DNA from: Bacteroidia bacterium
Lineage (GTDB): Bacteria > Bacteroidota > Bacteroidia > AKYH767-A > 2013-40CM-41-45
Direction: 5' to 3'
Assembly: GCA_046330055.1 (NCBI GenBank)
Contig: JAXLTM010000012.1
Location: 6,126 to 70,125 of the forward strand
DNA length: 64,000 bases
The notes beneath the pieces were generated by a model that saw nothing but the letters and a program-made list of their open reading frames with translations, made no database searches and was not told the origin of the DNA. A program made the position numbers and the translations under genes. Within the stretch, counting starts at the first letter, position 1. Every line of letters starts with the position of its first letter. This document shows, one piece after another, positions 54,707 to 64,000 of this stretch.

Positions 54707-55270
54707 TCAGGATTTCCGGAGATCGCGTTCAAGCAGAGAATAAATTTCAGAGTCCAGGAATTGACCGTTGGCATAATAGTTTTCTCTGAAGTAAGCTTCC
54801 TTTACAAAGCCACATTTCAGGAGGACAGCGCGTGAACTTTCATTTTTCGGATTAATGTTTGCCTCCACACTGTGAATTTTCATTTTGGAAAAACCGCAGG
54901 CGAGCATCGCCCGCAATGCTTCTGTCATAATGCCTTTGTTCCAGTGTTCCGGGAGAAGTTCATAGCCGATTTCAGCACGATGATGTGCAAAGTCTATTCT
55001 CCAGAAACCTGAAGTGCCAATCAATTCAGATTGCTGTGCAAACGTGATTCCCCAGGTAATATTTTCGTTTCTATTAATTCCCTGATCCATGCGATTGAAA
55101 AGCGCCTCGACTGCACTCATGTCGGAAGAGGATGGGCGATCAGTATTCTGAATAATTTGAGGATCATTTCTGAGTTTGAAGAGTCGAGGAAGGTCGGCAG
55201 TCGTCATTCTCCGCAGAGTCAGACGATCTGTATGAATTTCCGGAAATGGATCAAAGTTGACAGTCAGCAT
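54707..55270 (-). CDS. GNAT-family N-acetyltransferase (RimJ/RimL-like)
   Basis: TDRLTLRRMTTADL..., WNKGIMTEALRAMLACGF, NESSRAVLLKCGF. Confidence 0.8.
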   Translation of the reverse strand: MLTVNFDPFPEIHTDRLTLRRMTTADLPRLFKLRNDPQIIQNTDRPSSSDMSAVEALFNRMDQGINRNENITWGITFAQQSELIGTSGFWRIDFAHHRAEIGYELLPEHWNKGIMTEALRAMLACGFSKMKIHSVEANINPKNESSRAVLLKCGFVKEAYFRENYYANGQFLDSEIYSLLERDLRKS

Positions 55271-55275
55271 TTGAT

Positions 55276-55677
55276 TCAGGAATTCTTTTCAGATTGCTTT
55301 TTCCGGTTGTGCTCTTCGACGAAAGGATGTTCGTAGTTATCGCTCTGATCTTCGTGTGTTTCATCAAGGCATTTGAAATCTTTCTCCAGAAGGAGATATA
55401 ACTTTTTACCGTTACCGATTTCCATTTCATTTTCAAAACCGATCTGATTACTGCCGGTCCAGTGATCAGCCATTTTCTGCGGAATCAACAGTGTAATTGT
55501 ATTGTTCTCGAAGGAAGCTGAAAAATTATCGTGGGAGTCTGATGCGTGCAAACCATACCGAAATACAGCGTTGCCAAACTCTGTGGTTTCTTCAATCGCA
55601 TGATGTGTGGCAAAATAACTGACTTCACTTTTTGAAAGACGAATTCTGACAGTGTTTCCTTTGATTCTGATTTTCAT
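55276..55677 (-). CDS. hypothetical protein
   Basis: 133-aa ORF with good coding appearance; no family recognised. Confidence 0.4.
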   Translation of the reverse strand: MKIRIKGNTVRIRLSKSEVSYFATHHAIEETTEFGNAVFRYGLHASDSHDNFSASFENNTITLLIPQKMADHWTGSNQIGFENEMEIGNGKKLYLLLEKDFKCLDETHEDQSDNYEHPFVEEHNRKKQSEKNS

Positions 55678-55725
55678 TCTGTAGGGAATTGATTTTTTAC
55701 TTTTGTAATTTTGTTTACCAAAGGT

Positions 55726-56532
55726 TCAACTTTGAGCCTTTGAAATTCCGGTGTAGACATTGAACCGATCTTCCTTTAGAAAGCCGATCAGGGTAATGTA
55801 ATTTTCGTTTGCCATTTCTACTGCGAGACTTGAAGGAGCGCCAATGGCCGCTACCAGCGGGATTCCTGCCATAGCCGCTTTCTGTAAAAGCTCGAAACTT
55901 GCACGACCACTCAGGAGCAATATTTTGTCGTGAAGATTTATTTTTTCCAGTAATGCATAGCCAATCAGTTTGTCGAGTGCATTATGTCTGCCAACATCTT
56001 CCCGGTAGGCGAGAAGTTCACCATTTTGATTGAAGAGTCCTGATGCATGAATTCCACCGGTAGAATTGAAAACTTCTTGCGCTTCCCTCAACTTAGCCGG
56101 TAATGAAAGCAAAACGGCATTGGTCGCAGAAAGAAAATTTCGTGGACCGGCTGCATGAATATTTTGTTTGACTGAGTCGATTGAACTTTTTCCGCAAACG
56201 CCGCAACTTGACGTAGTGTAGAAATTGCGATCCAGAGACTCAGGAGAAAATTCGGTCTCATCGCTAAGATGAATAATGATTCGGTTTGAATCAGGATGTT
56301 TTACTTCAGCAATGTTCTCTGCATTGCGAACAATATTTTCGGTAAACAAAAATCCGATAGCCAGTTCAGCATCATTTCCCGGGGTTCGCATGGTTACCGA
56401 AACGGGTTTTAATTTTCCGCGGTGCTGAATAGAAATTTCAAGCGGCTCTTCAACTGCAAGCTGGTCGGTTTTGTTTTCTGACCGGCCATTCTCGTAAATA
56501 CGTGTAATCGATTTGCCGACAACTGAATTCAT
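55726..56532 (-). CDS. fdhD: formate dehydrogenase accessory sulfurtransferase FdhD
   Basis: TSSCGVCGKSSID, GGIHASGLF, GRHNALDKLIG. Confidence 0.88.
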   Translation of the reverse strand: MNSVVGKSITRIYENGRSENKTDQLAVEEPLEISIQHRGKLKPVSVTMRTPGNDAELAIGFLFTENIVRNAENIAEVKHPDSNRIIIHLSDETEFSPESLDRNFYTTSSCGVCGKSSIDSVKQNIHAAGPRNFLSATNAVLLSLPAKLREAQEVFNSTGGIHASGLFNQNGELLAYREDVGRHNALDKLIGYALLEKINLHDKILLLSGRASFELLQKAAMAGIPLVAAIGAPSSLAVEMANENYITLIGFLKEDRFNVYTGISKAQS

Positions 56533-56533
56533 C

Positions 56534-57112
56534 TTAAAAAGTCTTCTTCAATTCAAGGTATTGTTCCAACGTGTCAACACTGATGCAGGAATTCTCATTT
56601 GCAGGTGTAACTCGCACCGGATTTATTTCAGAAAGATAGTGAAATAAAGAATCTTTTCCCATAGTCAAATGAGCTTTCAGATTCAGAATGTCAATAGATG
56701 TGTAGATACTCAATAAAGGTTCAATACGTCCGGATTTAAGGTTCATGAGTGAGCATGGTTTATGACAGTTTAACCATGCTTCTTTGAGGCGTCGTAATTC
56801 TTCCTCCCCTAAAAAGGGATAATCACATCCGGATACCAAATAAGCATCTGACGAGGTTTTTTCAGCTATACTTAAAATTCCTGTAAGCGGACCGTGATTT
56901 TCAAATTCGGGCCGATCAATAATATAGTTAGCTGAATTTGTAAAATTTGCAACCTGACTTTTATTAATTGAAAACAGGACTTCGTCGCAATATGCAGACA
57001 TTAATCCGGCAACATGAAATGCCTGTGGTTTTGAGTGATAACTGAGAAAAGCTTTATCACTTTGCATCCTGCTGCTGCGGCCACCGCATAGAACAATTCC
57101 TGTAATCCGCAT
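56534..57112 (-). CDS. mobA: molybdenum cofactor guanylyltransferase
   Basis: GIVLCGGRSSRMQSDKAFL at the N-terminus; 192 aa; adjacent to fdhD. Confidence 0.75.
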   Translation of the reverse strand: MRITGIVLCGGRSSRMQSDKAFLSYHSKPQAFHVAGLMSAYCDEVLFSINKSQVANFTNSANYIIDRPEFENHGPLTGILSIAEKTSSDAYLVSGCDYPFLGEEELRRLKEAWLNCHKPCSLMNLKSGRIEPLLSIYTSIDILNLKAHLTMGKDSLFHYLSEINPVRVTPANENSCISVDTLEQYLELKKTF

Positions 57113-57125
57113 TAGTCAGAATGTT

Positions 57126-57842
57126 TTAATCGTAGGATTCGAACTTGATATTTTTCTTGTCGTAGCCCATTGCTTCAAGACGCTGGCGTGCATCGTGAAG
57201 CATATCTCTCCATCCGCACATGTAAAAAGTAGCAGGTCGTTTGTCGGCGAATATTTCTTCATAGATCTGATGAACGTAACCTTTGCGACCTGTCCATCCT
57301 TCATTATCACGCGAAAGCACCGGTATGAATTTAAATTCAGGATGTCTTTCCTGAAGCTCTTCCATTTCCGATCGATAGAGGATGTCTTTCTCCCAACGAT
57401 TTCCGAAAATCATATACAGATTTTTATGAGGTCGTTTTTTATTCAGGATATCGAGCAGCATGGATCGCAGCGGAGCAATGCCTGTACCTGTACATATGAA
57501 GCAGATATCGTCTTCGATAGGATCATGGAGACTAAATTTTCCAAGTGCCTTTGACACATCAATCTGCGCACCGATTTGTACGTTTTCCCAGAGATAGGGA
57601 GTGCCCAGGCCTCGCGGATTCAGTACAATGGCGAGTTCAAATGTGTTTTCATCATTTGGGGCAGAAGCAATAGAGTAACTGCGGTTTTTGTATTTGGAAT
57701 CAATCGGCAAATGAAGCATTACAAATTGACCTGCTTTGAAAGAGAATGGAGTTTCATCAGATACTTTGAAAAAGAAACGTCGTACCAGGTCACTTTCGTG
57801 GATAATATTATAGACAGTGGCGGGGTGATATTTATAACTCAT
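57126..57842 (-). CDS. ferredoxin-NADP reductase-type FAD/NAD(P)-binding oxidoreductase
   Basis: RSYSIAS (FAD binding), ICTGTGIAPLRSM (NAD(P) binding) and a C-terminal YMCGW. Confidence 0.75.
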   Translation of the reverse strand: MSYKYHPATVYNIIHESDLVRRFFFKVSDETPFSFKAGQFVMLHLPIDSKYKNRSYSIASAPNDENTFELAIVLNPRGLGTPYLWENVQIGAQIDVSKALGKFSLHDPIEDDICFICTGTGIAPLRSMLLDILNKKRPHKNLYMIFGNRWEKDILYRSEMEELQERHPEFKFIPVLSRDNEGWTGRKGYVHQIYEEIFADKRPATFYMCGWRDMLHDARQRLEAMGYDKKNIKFESYD

Positions 57843-58873
57843 ACTCTGATCTTGTTTAGTTCGTTGGTTAAAATTTGAAGCATGTCGTCGGTAAAGTCGA
57901 GATGAGTAACGAAGCGAACCGTTTGCTTCCCGAATTGAACAGCTTTGATGTTTTTATCATTTAATTGTCGCAGAAATGAAGTCACCGGGAGGTTGTCGTC
58001 GATACGGAAAACTATGATGTTTGTATCCACCGGTAATATTTCTTTCACATAAGATTGTGATTTGAGTGTTGACTCTATATTCTTTGCCCGAATGTGATCT
58101 TCTTTCAAGCGGGTGATGTGGTGATCCAGCGCATAGAGTCCTGCTGCAGCGAGGTATCCCGATTGTCGCATTCCGCCGCCAAATGCTTTACGGATTCGTT
58201 TTGCCTTCTGAATATTATCTTTCGTGGAAAGCAAAACAGAACCAACTGGTGCGCCAAGACCTTTCGACAGACAAACAGAGATTGTGTCAAAAAGTTTTCC
58301 GGTTTCCATTGGAGAGTCGCCTGTTTCGATGAAGGCATTGAATATTCTGGCTCCGTCGAGGTGAGTATTGAGGTGGTGTTTACGTGCAACATCACATATA
58401 CTTTTCATCTCTGCATAATGGTAATAGCTTCCGCCGCCTTTATTGGAGGTGTTTTCAAGACTCACCAGGCTCGTAAACGGTTGGTGAATATTGTCGGGCG
58501 GATTGATGTTGTCTTCAACTTGTTCAGGTGTAATTTTTCCTCTTACGCCATCGAGCAAGCGCATTGACAATCCCGAGTTGGAAGCAATACCGCCACCTTC
58601 ATAGTAGTAAATATGACTGAGCTTATCGCAAAGAATTTCCTGCTGCGGCTGGGTTTGTAAGCGAATGCCGATCTGATTCGTCATTGTACCGCTCGGACAG
58701 AATAATCCTGCTTCTTTTCCGAAAATATCAGCTGCTTTTTGCTCCAGTTTTTTAACCGTGGGATCTTCATCGAAAACATCGTCGCCGACACGAGCGTTGA
58801 ACATTGCTTCCAGCATTCCCGGAGTAGGGCGGGTGACGGTGTCGGAACGAAGATCTATTAGCAAATTCTCCAT
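57839..58873 (-). CDS. ltaE: low-specificity L-threonine aldolase
   Basis: [18 protein letters not shown]...[30 protein letters not shown] (PLP lysine). I placed the start at the ATG at 58873; the track begins at a TTG two codons upstream. Confidence 0.88.
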   Translation of the reverse strand: MENLLIDLRSDTVTRPTPGMLEAMFNARVGDDVFDEDPTVKKLEQKAADIFGKEAGLFCPSGTMTNQIGIRLQTQPQQEILCDKLSHIYYYEGGGIASNSGLSMRLLDGVRGKITPEQVEDNINPPDNIHQPFTSLVSLENTSNKGGGSYYHYAEMKSICDVARKHHLNTHLDGARIFNAFIETGDSPMETGKLFDTISVCLSKGLGAPVGSVLLSTKDNIQKAKRIRKAFGGGMRQSGYLAAAGLYALDHHITRLKEDHIRAKNIESTLKSQSYVKEILPVDTNIIVFRIDDNLPVTSFLRQLNDKNIKAVQFGKQTVRFVTHLDFTDDMLQILTNELNKIRV

Positions 58874-59350
58874 GCCCAAAGAACGGAATTTTATTGAACG
58901 GGATAACCGCCGGAGCCGGGATATTTGGATTGAAATTGAAAATTAGAGGAATAAATGAATTATATTTTAAATGGCTTAGTTTTTTGCAAATAGATTCTCG
59001 CAGATGGCCATATACAATTTTCAAAAGCATGGATTTGACATGGCTATGATTTTTCTTTCTTTTTGTTTTCGCCCCGGCGAACGCATCACCAAAAAGAAAG
59101 AAACAAAGAAAAAGGCGACCACGCGCAGCCTCCTTCTCGGCCTACATATTTATTCAGCTTTCTATGAATAAGCATTTGTGCTTTGAATAATCTTCTTTCT
59201 ACGAACCTTCACCGAGAAGGAGGCCACACGCGCGTGGACGGCCCCCCACAACATGCTGCTAATTATATGCAATCTTCAAATTTTGGTGTTTCTTTTTTCA
59301 TTAGCAAATTCATAAAATCTGCCCGTTTCCAGTATAAAAGTAGAGGAGGT

Positions 59351-59394
59351 AATAAAAGGCAGACCCTGACTATTTCTTTGAACAGTCAGGGTCT
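59351..59394 (-). terminator. putative terminator after the 59424-59807 gene
   Basis: 11-bp stem agaccctgact / agtcagggtct, followed on the minus strand by a weak U-tract (gccttttatt). Confidence 0.5.
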
Positions 59395-59423
59395 AAGGCT
59401 TGAATCTTATTTTACAAAAGGAA

Positions 59424-59807
59424 TTATTTTTTAGGTTCTTCAACCGGATTTACATCGCTGTCGTCCGGTGGCCCCTGATTTCTTTCCCGCCTCATATTTT
59501 TGCGTTCTTCCTGCATCGATTTCAGTTTCGCATATTGATCGGGAGTTAATGTGTTTTTCAAGACCTGATCATTTTCGTCTCTCAGTCTTTTCATTTCAGC
59601 TCTTGCACGATCCATGTCTTCCTCATTTTTCAGGAGTTGAGTATAGATGGTCTGATACTGTGTATCGGTCAAACCTAATTTGGCTTTCAGCATTTGAGCT
59701 CTGTGTTTTGCTCTCTCCTGAGGCGGGAAGTTACCCCGCTGGCGTTGTTGTGCAAATGAACTTCCTGCAATGAGCAGAAGGATAAATAACCACTTAATTT
59801 TCTTCAT
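59424..59807 (-). CDS. small periplasmic coiled-coil protein (Spy/CpxP- or DUF4890-like)
   Basis: Signal peptide MKKIKWLFILLLIAGSSFAQQ; LTDTQYQ and LTPDQYAKL motifs; highly charged. I placed the start at the ATG at 59807. Confidence 0.55.
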   Translation of the reverse strand: MKKIKWLFILLLIAGSSFAQQRQRGNFPPQERAKHRAQMLKAKLGLTDTQYQTIYTQLLKNEEDMDRARAEMKRLRDENDQVLKNTLTPDQYAKLKSMQEERKNMRRERNQGPPDDSDVNPVEEPKK

Positions 59808-59999
59808 CGGAATTTGATTTTTGCGTATGACTTTGAACGAGCCGAATGGTTTAAGGTTGGGTTTGCATGGCTTCAATCAGGGAATCTTGATACAGAAAAA
59901 CGTCAGAATCCGAAAAATGGGGAAATTCTGATTTGAGCGGAGGTTGCTTCAGGCCACTGGAACCTGAAATCTCAATATGCTGTTGGATATTTTTTATTG

Positions 60000-60641
60000 C
60001 TATTTTTTCTGCATGATAAGCAGGCCATCACGAACAGGAAGTAAAATATGCTCGAGCATAGGATGTGAATGAACCATATCGTTGAATTGCTTCAAAGCAG
60101 TTGTGTCCAGATCAATTTTTCCTTCATTCGCAGTCACCTTGCCACTCCAAAGGACATTGTCGGCGATTATGAATCCACCCTTTCTGACTTTTTCGAAGGT
60201 GAGTTCAAAGTATCTTGAATAATTGACTTTGTCGGCATCAATAAATACGAGATCGAACGGCCCCTGCAATGTTGGAATTATATCCAGCGCATTTCCCGTG
60301 AGAATGTTGAAGGAGGAAAGAAGTCCTGATTTCTCCACATACTTTTTTACCATGGGCGTCAACTCGTCGTTAATGTCGATGGTATGCAGAATTCCTCCGG
60401 GGGCAAGACCTTCGGCCATACAAAGTGCAGAATATCCGGTATAGGTTCCGATTTCCAGAATGTTCTCCGGTGCAATCATCCGGCTGATCATGCTGAGCAG
60501 TCGACCCTGCAGATGACCGGAAAGCATGCGCGGCATTAATACCTTTGCATGCGTTTCACGATTGAGTTCTTTGAGGATTTCTGATTCTGGAGTGGTATGA
60601 TTCTCCGAATATTCAGAAATAGCCGATGGTAAAAAATCCAT
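60000..60641 (-). CDS. class I SAM-dependent O-methyltransferase (caffeoyl-CoA OMT-like)
   Basis: ILEIGTYTGYSALCMAEGL, FDLVFIDADKVNY, GGFIIADNVLW. Confidence 0.85.
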   Translation of the reverse strand: MDFLPSAISEYSENHTTPESEILKELNRETHAKVLMPRMLSGHLQGRLLSMISRMIAPENILEIGTYTGYSALCMAEGLAPGGILHTIDINDELTPMVKKYVEKSGLLSSFNILTGNALDIIPTLQGPFDLVFIDADKVNYSRYFELTFEKVRKGGFIIADNVLWSGKVTANEGKIDLDTTALKQFNDMVHSHPMLEHILLPVRDGLLIMQKK

Positions 60642-60649
60642 TCCTTGGT

Positions 60650-61561
60650 TTAGTTCCAGTCCTTGGATTCACCGATGTTTACCTTCTGCACATTTTCAAT
60701 CCAGTGTGATACCGGAGTATCGCCATACTTGTCGACGAAGAAAATAATATGTGATGAGGAAGTATTGATGCCGGTGAGGTCAACGTCGTACACTTTTACA
60801 TATTCATTACCACGCGTCATGATTGCTTGCGGAATCTGATCGCCGACAGCACCATTAACAGTAATGATTTTTTTCAATACGTATTTATGCTTGTAAAGGT
60901 GTACGGTGTCATTGAGGCTGTATAATGTATGCAAATTTGTATCCGGAGTTGCACCTTCAAAACTGAAGTCATTCAACTGATCGTAAGCAGAATCATTGCT
61001 GTAAACTGTATTCTCAATAATGTAACCGTGAAGTCTGTAATCTCCTGCCATGGCCTGACTGAAGCCGGCGTGAACAACTAAGCGGAGGTGATTGTTGGAG
61101 CCGATTTCTTTGGCTTCAAGTGCAAGACCGCATGAAGGAACCTGACTTACCAGTGACTGAGTATTGGTGAACCAGTTGTCGATGGCAAAATCAGAAGGCA
61201 CATAATTGTGACGGTTAAGTATTCCACCCGGATAAACTGAAAGTGTGTTGAACATACTATCCAGAATGTTGGTGCTGTCTGCACTTAAGTTTGTGGCCGC
61301 TTCCATCATGTCATCGACATGGATGCTTGCAGCATAAAAACGATTAGGGTAGAGTTTCATCAATGAATCCACATAGACATCGGCTTTCGGACATTGGCCG
61401 CAACTACTCATGGTAAAGCGTTCGAGGAGAACTTTCTGGATAAAATTTCCGGGAACGGCAGAAATGTCAGGAGCAAATGCTGGGTTTGCAATATCCGGCG
61501 AATTTTTGGCGCATCCGCCTAAAATGAGCACACCGACAATTAGTCCAAGGAGTCGTTTCAT
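60650..61561 (-). CDS. Omp28-related lipoprotein with a thioredoxin-like CxxC motif
   Basis: Lipobox LGGC; ERFTMSSCGQCPKADVY. Confidence 0.55.
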   Translation of the reverse strand: MKRLLGLIVGVLILGGCAKNSPDIANPAFAPDISAVPGNFIQKVLLERFTMSSCGQCPKADVYVDSLMKLYPNRFYAASIHVDDMMEAATNLSADSTNILDSMFNTLSVYPGGILNRHNYVPSDFAIDNWFTNTQSLVSQVPSCGLALEAKEIGSNNHLRLVVHAGFSQAMAGDYRLHGYIIENTVYSNDSAYDQLNDFSFEGATPDTNLHTLYSLNDTVHLYKHKYVLKKIITVNGAVGDQIPQAIMTRGNEYVKVYDVDLTGINTSSSHIIFFVDKYGDTPVSHWIENVQKVNIGESKDWN

Positions 61562-61671
61562 AGCTATGTTATTGACTGCGAAAAATAAGCAATCCTGCTT
61601 ACTTTTTAAAATATTTTTTCGAAGGAAATCAACAGGCTTTCGTCTATATTTGACGCCAAATCAGCTACTGA

Positions 61672-62274
61672 ATGAAAAATATTTCTCTGGTCTTCAACGG
61701 TCTTTTGACCATCGCCGTGATAGTGCTTTTTTACCTTCATTTCAAAGGAAATTCTGCCTCAACCACCGAAACTGCACCGACTTCTTTTGCCGTACCGGTT
61801 ACTGCGAAGGGGATCGTATACATCAATTCTGACACACTTCTTGACAACATCAAGTACTACCATGACATGAAAAGTGAAATGGAAGCAGAGCAAGCCAAAG
61901 TGAAAACGGAACTGAAAGGGGAAAGCGATAAATTACAAGCTGATGCTGCAACTTATCAGAAGCAGGCCATCGGTATGACAGATCTGGAAAGAGAAAATAA
62001 GGAAAAAGAGTTGGGCATGCGCCAGCAAAACCTGATGGAGAAAAAAGATCGTTTATTATCCGGACTGGATGAAAAGCAGGCAAAGGCTTCTGAAGAATTG
62101 TATGCTCATATTTCTAATTTTTTAGCAGAGTTCAATAAAGGTAAAGGTTATCAGTTTGTGCTGGGCTATCAAAAGGGCGGAGGAATTCTCTTTGCAAACG
62201 ATAGTCTGGATATCACGCATCAGGTTATTGATGGTCTGAATAAAAAGTACGAACTGGATCATTCGTCGAAATAA
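61672..62274 (+). CDS. OmpH/Skp-family periplasmic chaperone
   Basis: N-terminal anchor, long charged coiled-coil (EMEAEQAKVKTELKGESDKLQADAATYQKQ), and YQFVLGY...ILFAN. Confidence 0.75.
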   Translation: MKNISLVFNGLLTIAVIVLFYLHFKGNSASTTETAPTSFAVPVTAKGIVYINSDTLLDNIKYYHDMKSEMEAEQAKVKTELKGESDKLQADAATYQKQAIGMTDLERENKEKELGMRQQNLMEKKDRLLSGLDEKQAKASEELYAHISNFLAEFNKGKGYQFVLGYQKGGGILFANDSLDITHQVIDGLNKKYELDHSSK

Positions 62275-62312
62275 ACGGTTTCGAATCAGGCAAAATTAGC
62301 GGAAGGTTAGTT

Positions 62313-63557
62313 TTATTTTCCGTTAAAGAGTAATCTGAAATAAAAGCCCGGCTTCTTTAGTTTTTCACGAAGATCTATGTCTTCAAACATGCTAGTGATC
62401 ATTTCACGCAGAGCCGCATTTTTAAGAGCTTTGTTAACGACAAAATTGAAAAGCCATTTTCGTGTTGCAAGTTTTTGCATACGATAACTCAGGTTCAATT
62501 CTTTTCCAAGGGCGTGATAAATCTGTTCGTCGTATTTTTTGAGAAGCGATTCGTCAAAGCGGTTTGCCTCAAGTGCTTCCCTGATTATTTCAGAGGCAAT
62601 TTTTCCGCTAAGCATTGCATTACCGATGCCCTCACCGGTAAACGGATCTATCAGAGAGCCTGCATCACCGGTAAGAAGAAAATTGTTGCCGGATAAATTT
62701 CGCCTTGAAGAACCCAGAGGCAAACCCCAGCCCTCGACCGGACTTATTGCTTTTGCAGAAGAAAATCTTTTACTGATTACGGGATGATTCGTAATAATAT
62801 CTGAAAGCTCTTTTTTTAAATTCACTTTAAGGGAAGAAACTACTGAGCTTAACATTCCGATGCCGACATTGGTTCGTCCGTTGGTCATTGGAAAGATCCA
62901 GAAGTAACCCGGTAAAAGATTGTCAAGAAAATGCAGTTCAATAAAACCCTCGTCGTGACAATCAGAGACTCCTTCATAGTACACACGTAATCCTGCACAG
63001 TAGAAGTTAAGATTTTTAGTCAGCGGAGAAAGGTATTTTGCCGTAATACTCCGCTCGCCTTCAGCGCCTATCAGGAGTTTGCAATCTATTGTATTCTTTT
63101 GACCGCTCTTATTTAAAGTTAGTTTCAATCCACCTGTTGTTCTTTCAACTTTTTCCAGAGATGTATTCAGGTGAAAATCTGCATAGGGCGATTGTGATTT
63201 GTTGAAAAGAAAGTTGTCGAAGTCGAGACGCGAGGCAATGAATCCCGGTGCATATTTCAGTTTTTTGATGTCGGAAGCGAAAGGGACATCGAGGCGCTTT
63301 CCGTTTGGTGCGAAAAAGCTTACGCCGTAACTTGGTGCAAACATCTCTTTCATCGACGAAATTTCTTCAATCAGATTTCTGTCGATTTTATTCAGAATGC
63401 TCACCACCTTTCCGCTAAGTGCGTCACCGCAGATTTTATCTCTGGGGAAAGAGGCTTTATCAATGATAGTATGACGAATCCCGGCATTGCTGAGAAAAAG
63501 TGAAGTGGCCAGGCCGGCAGGGCCGGCGCCTGATATTACAATGTCGGAATGATTCAT
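62313..63557 (-). CDS. geranylgeranyl reductase-family FAD-dependent oxidoreductase
   Basis: DIVISGAGPAGLATSLFL, DKICGDAL, LLTGDAGSLIDPFTGEGIGNAM. Confidence 0.85.
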   Translation of the reverse strand: MNHSDIVISGAGPAGLATSLFLSNAGIRHTIIDKASFPRDKICGDALSGKVVSILNKIDRNLIEEISSMKEMFAPSYGVSFFAPNGKRLDVPFASDIKKLKYAPGFIASRLDFDNFLFNKSQSPYADFHLNTSLEKVERTTGGLKLTLNKSGQKNTIDCKLLIGAEGERSITAKYLSPLTKNLNFYCAGLRVYYEGVSDCHDEGFIELHFLDNLLPGYFWIFPMTNGRTNVGIGMLSSVVSSLKVNLKKELSDIITNHPVISKRFSSAKAISPVEGWGLPLGSSRRNLSGNNFLLTGDAGSLIDPFTGEGIGNAMLSGKIASEIIREALEANRFDESLLKKYDEQIYHALGKELNLSYRMQKLATRKWLFNFVVNKALKNAALREMITSMFEDIDLREKLKKPGFYFRLLFNGK

Positions 63558-63601
63558 ATTTAACGACGGAAAGATATATCTTTGAATGCAATTATTTACT
63601 T

Positions 63602-64000
63602 ATGGGCGGACATCCTTTTGTAATCCGTGTTTACGGAATTTTCATTGACCCCGAAAAAGGTGTCTTTGTGAGTGATGAATTCATTCACGGAAAAGCCTAC
63701 ACGAAGTTTCCCGGAGGTGGAATGAATTTCGGAGAGGGGACGGTAGAGTGTTTGCTTCGGGAAATGATGGAAGAGACTCAGCAGGAATTTGTAGTTGACG
63801 AGCATTTTTACACTACCGATTTTTTTGTGAGGTCTGCTTTTGATGAAAATGCACAGGTTGTTTCAGTGTATTATCTGATGAAGCCTGCGGGAGATTTGAA
63901 AGTTAAAATTGCGGAAACAGTTTTTGATTTTGCCGAACGCATACACGAAGCGCAGTCGTTTCGGTTCATTCCATTGAACAAAATCAGTGCAGAAGACTTT
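63602..64000 (+). CDS. NUDIX hydrolase (3' end beyond the window)
   Basis: Nudix box GGGMNFGEGTVECLLREMMEETQ. The frame is open to the right edge. Confidence 0.75.
   Translation, partial: MGGHPFVIRVYGIFIDPEKGVFVSDEFIHGKAYTKFPGGGMNFGEGTVECLLREMMEETQQEFVVDEHFYTTDFFVRSAFDENAQVVSVYYLMKPAGDLKVKIAETVFDFAERIHEAQSFRFIPLNKISAEDF

Noticed and set aside
59183-59434. An 83-aa plus-strand ORF in the ltaE upstream gap.
   Set aside because: It has a TTG start and no ribosome-binding context. It runs through the inverted repeats and the terminator hairpin and has non-protein-like composition.

Overview
Chromosomal segment of a Bacteroidota bacterium, judged from the 16S sequence, the T9SS/gliding genes and TTTG-N19-TAnnTTTG promoters. 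About 55 protein genes are present, mostly housekeeping or cell-envelope genes, and many are translationally coupled. From left to right: a Reg_prop sensor (partial), yceI, waaA, cdd and a five-gene VTC/DUF4956/DUF2490 operon. Then ispF and a T9SS block (porV, a heavily disrupted porU, porP/sprF, gldJ), followed by a frameshifted T9SS cargo gene and a shattered APC amino-acid permease. Next come pyrF, a K+ channel, rmlD-like, comEA-like and acyl-CoA dehydrogenase genes, rpsU-xerC-hpf, and a murein-related block (SLT, an unknown 797-aa protein, mtgA, a GT-C-like membrane protein). A complete rRNA operon follows (16S, tRNA-Ile, tRNA-Ala, 23S, 5S) with tandem promoters, boxA elements and processing stems. 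The right part holds a roughly 1230-aa secreted protein with three cupredoxin-like domains, a TPR/DUF3857 plus transglutaminase/DUF3858 pair, fdhD-mobA, ltaE, ompH, a geranylgeranyl reductase and a partial NUDIX gene. I found no CRISPR array, transposase, phage gene or recognisable defence system. The items most worth a second look are: (1) the SprB-repeat, triple blue-copper-site, MopE-motif, dockerin-like surface protein; (2) the uncharacterised VTC/DUF4956/DUF2490 envelope operon; (3) reading-frame lesions confined to a few patches (porU, permease, pyrF N-terminus, two surface proteins), mostly +/-1 nt in homopolymers but with at least one true in-frame nonsense codon; (4) a recurrent (GAATATT)n heptamer array that builds long hairpins between genes and inside the 23S-5S spacer. 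All domain names come from reading the translations by eye; no database search was run. The supplied ORF track treats TTG/GTG as Met, so several starts were moved to better-supported ATGs.
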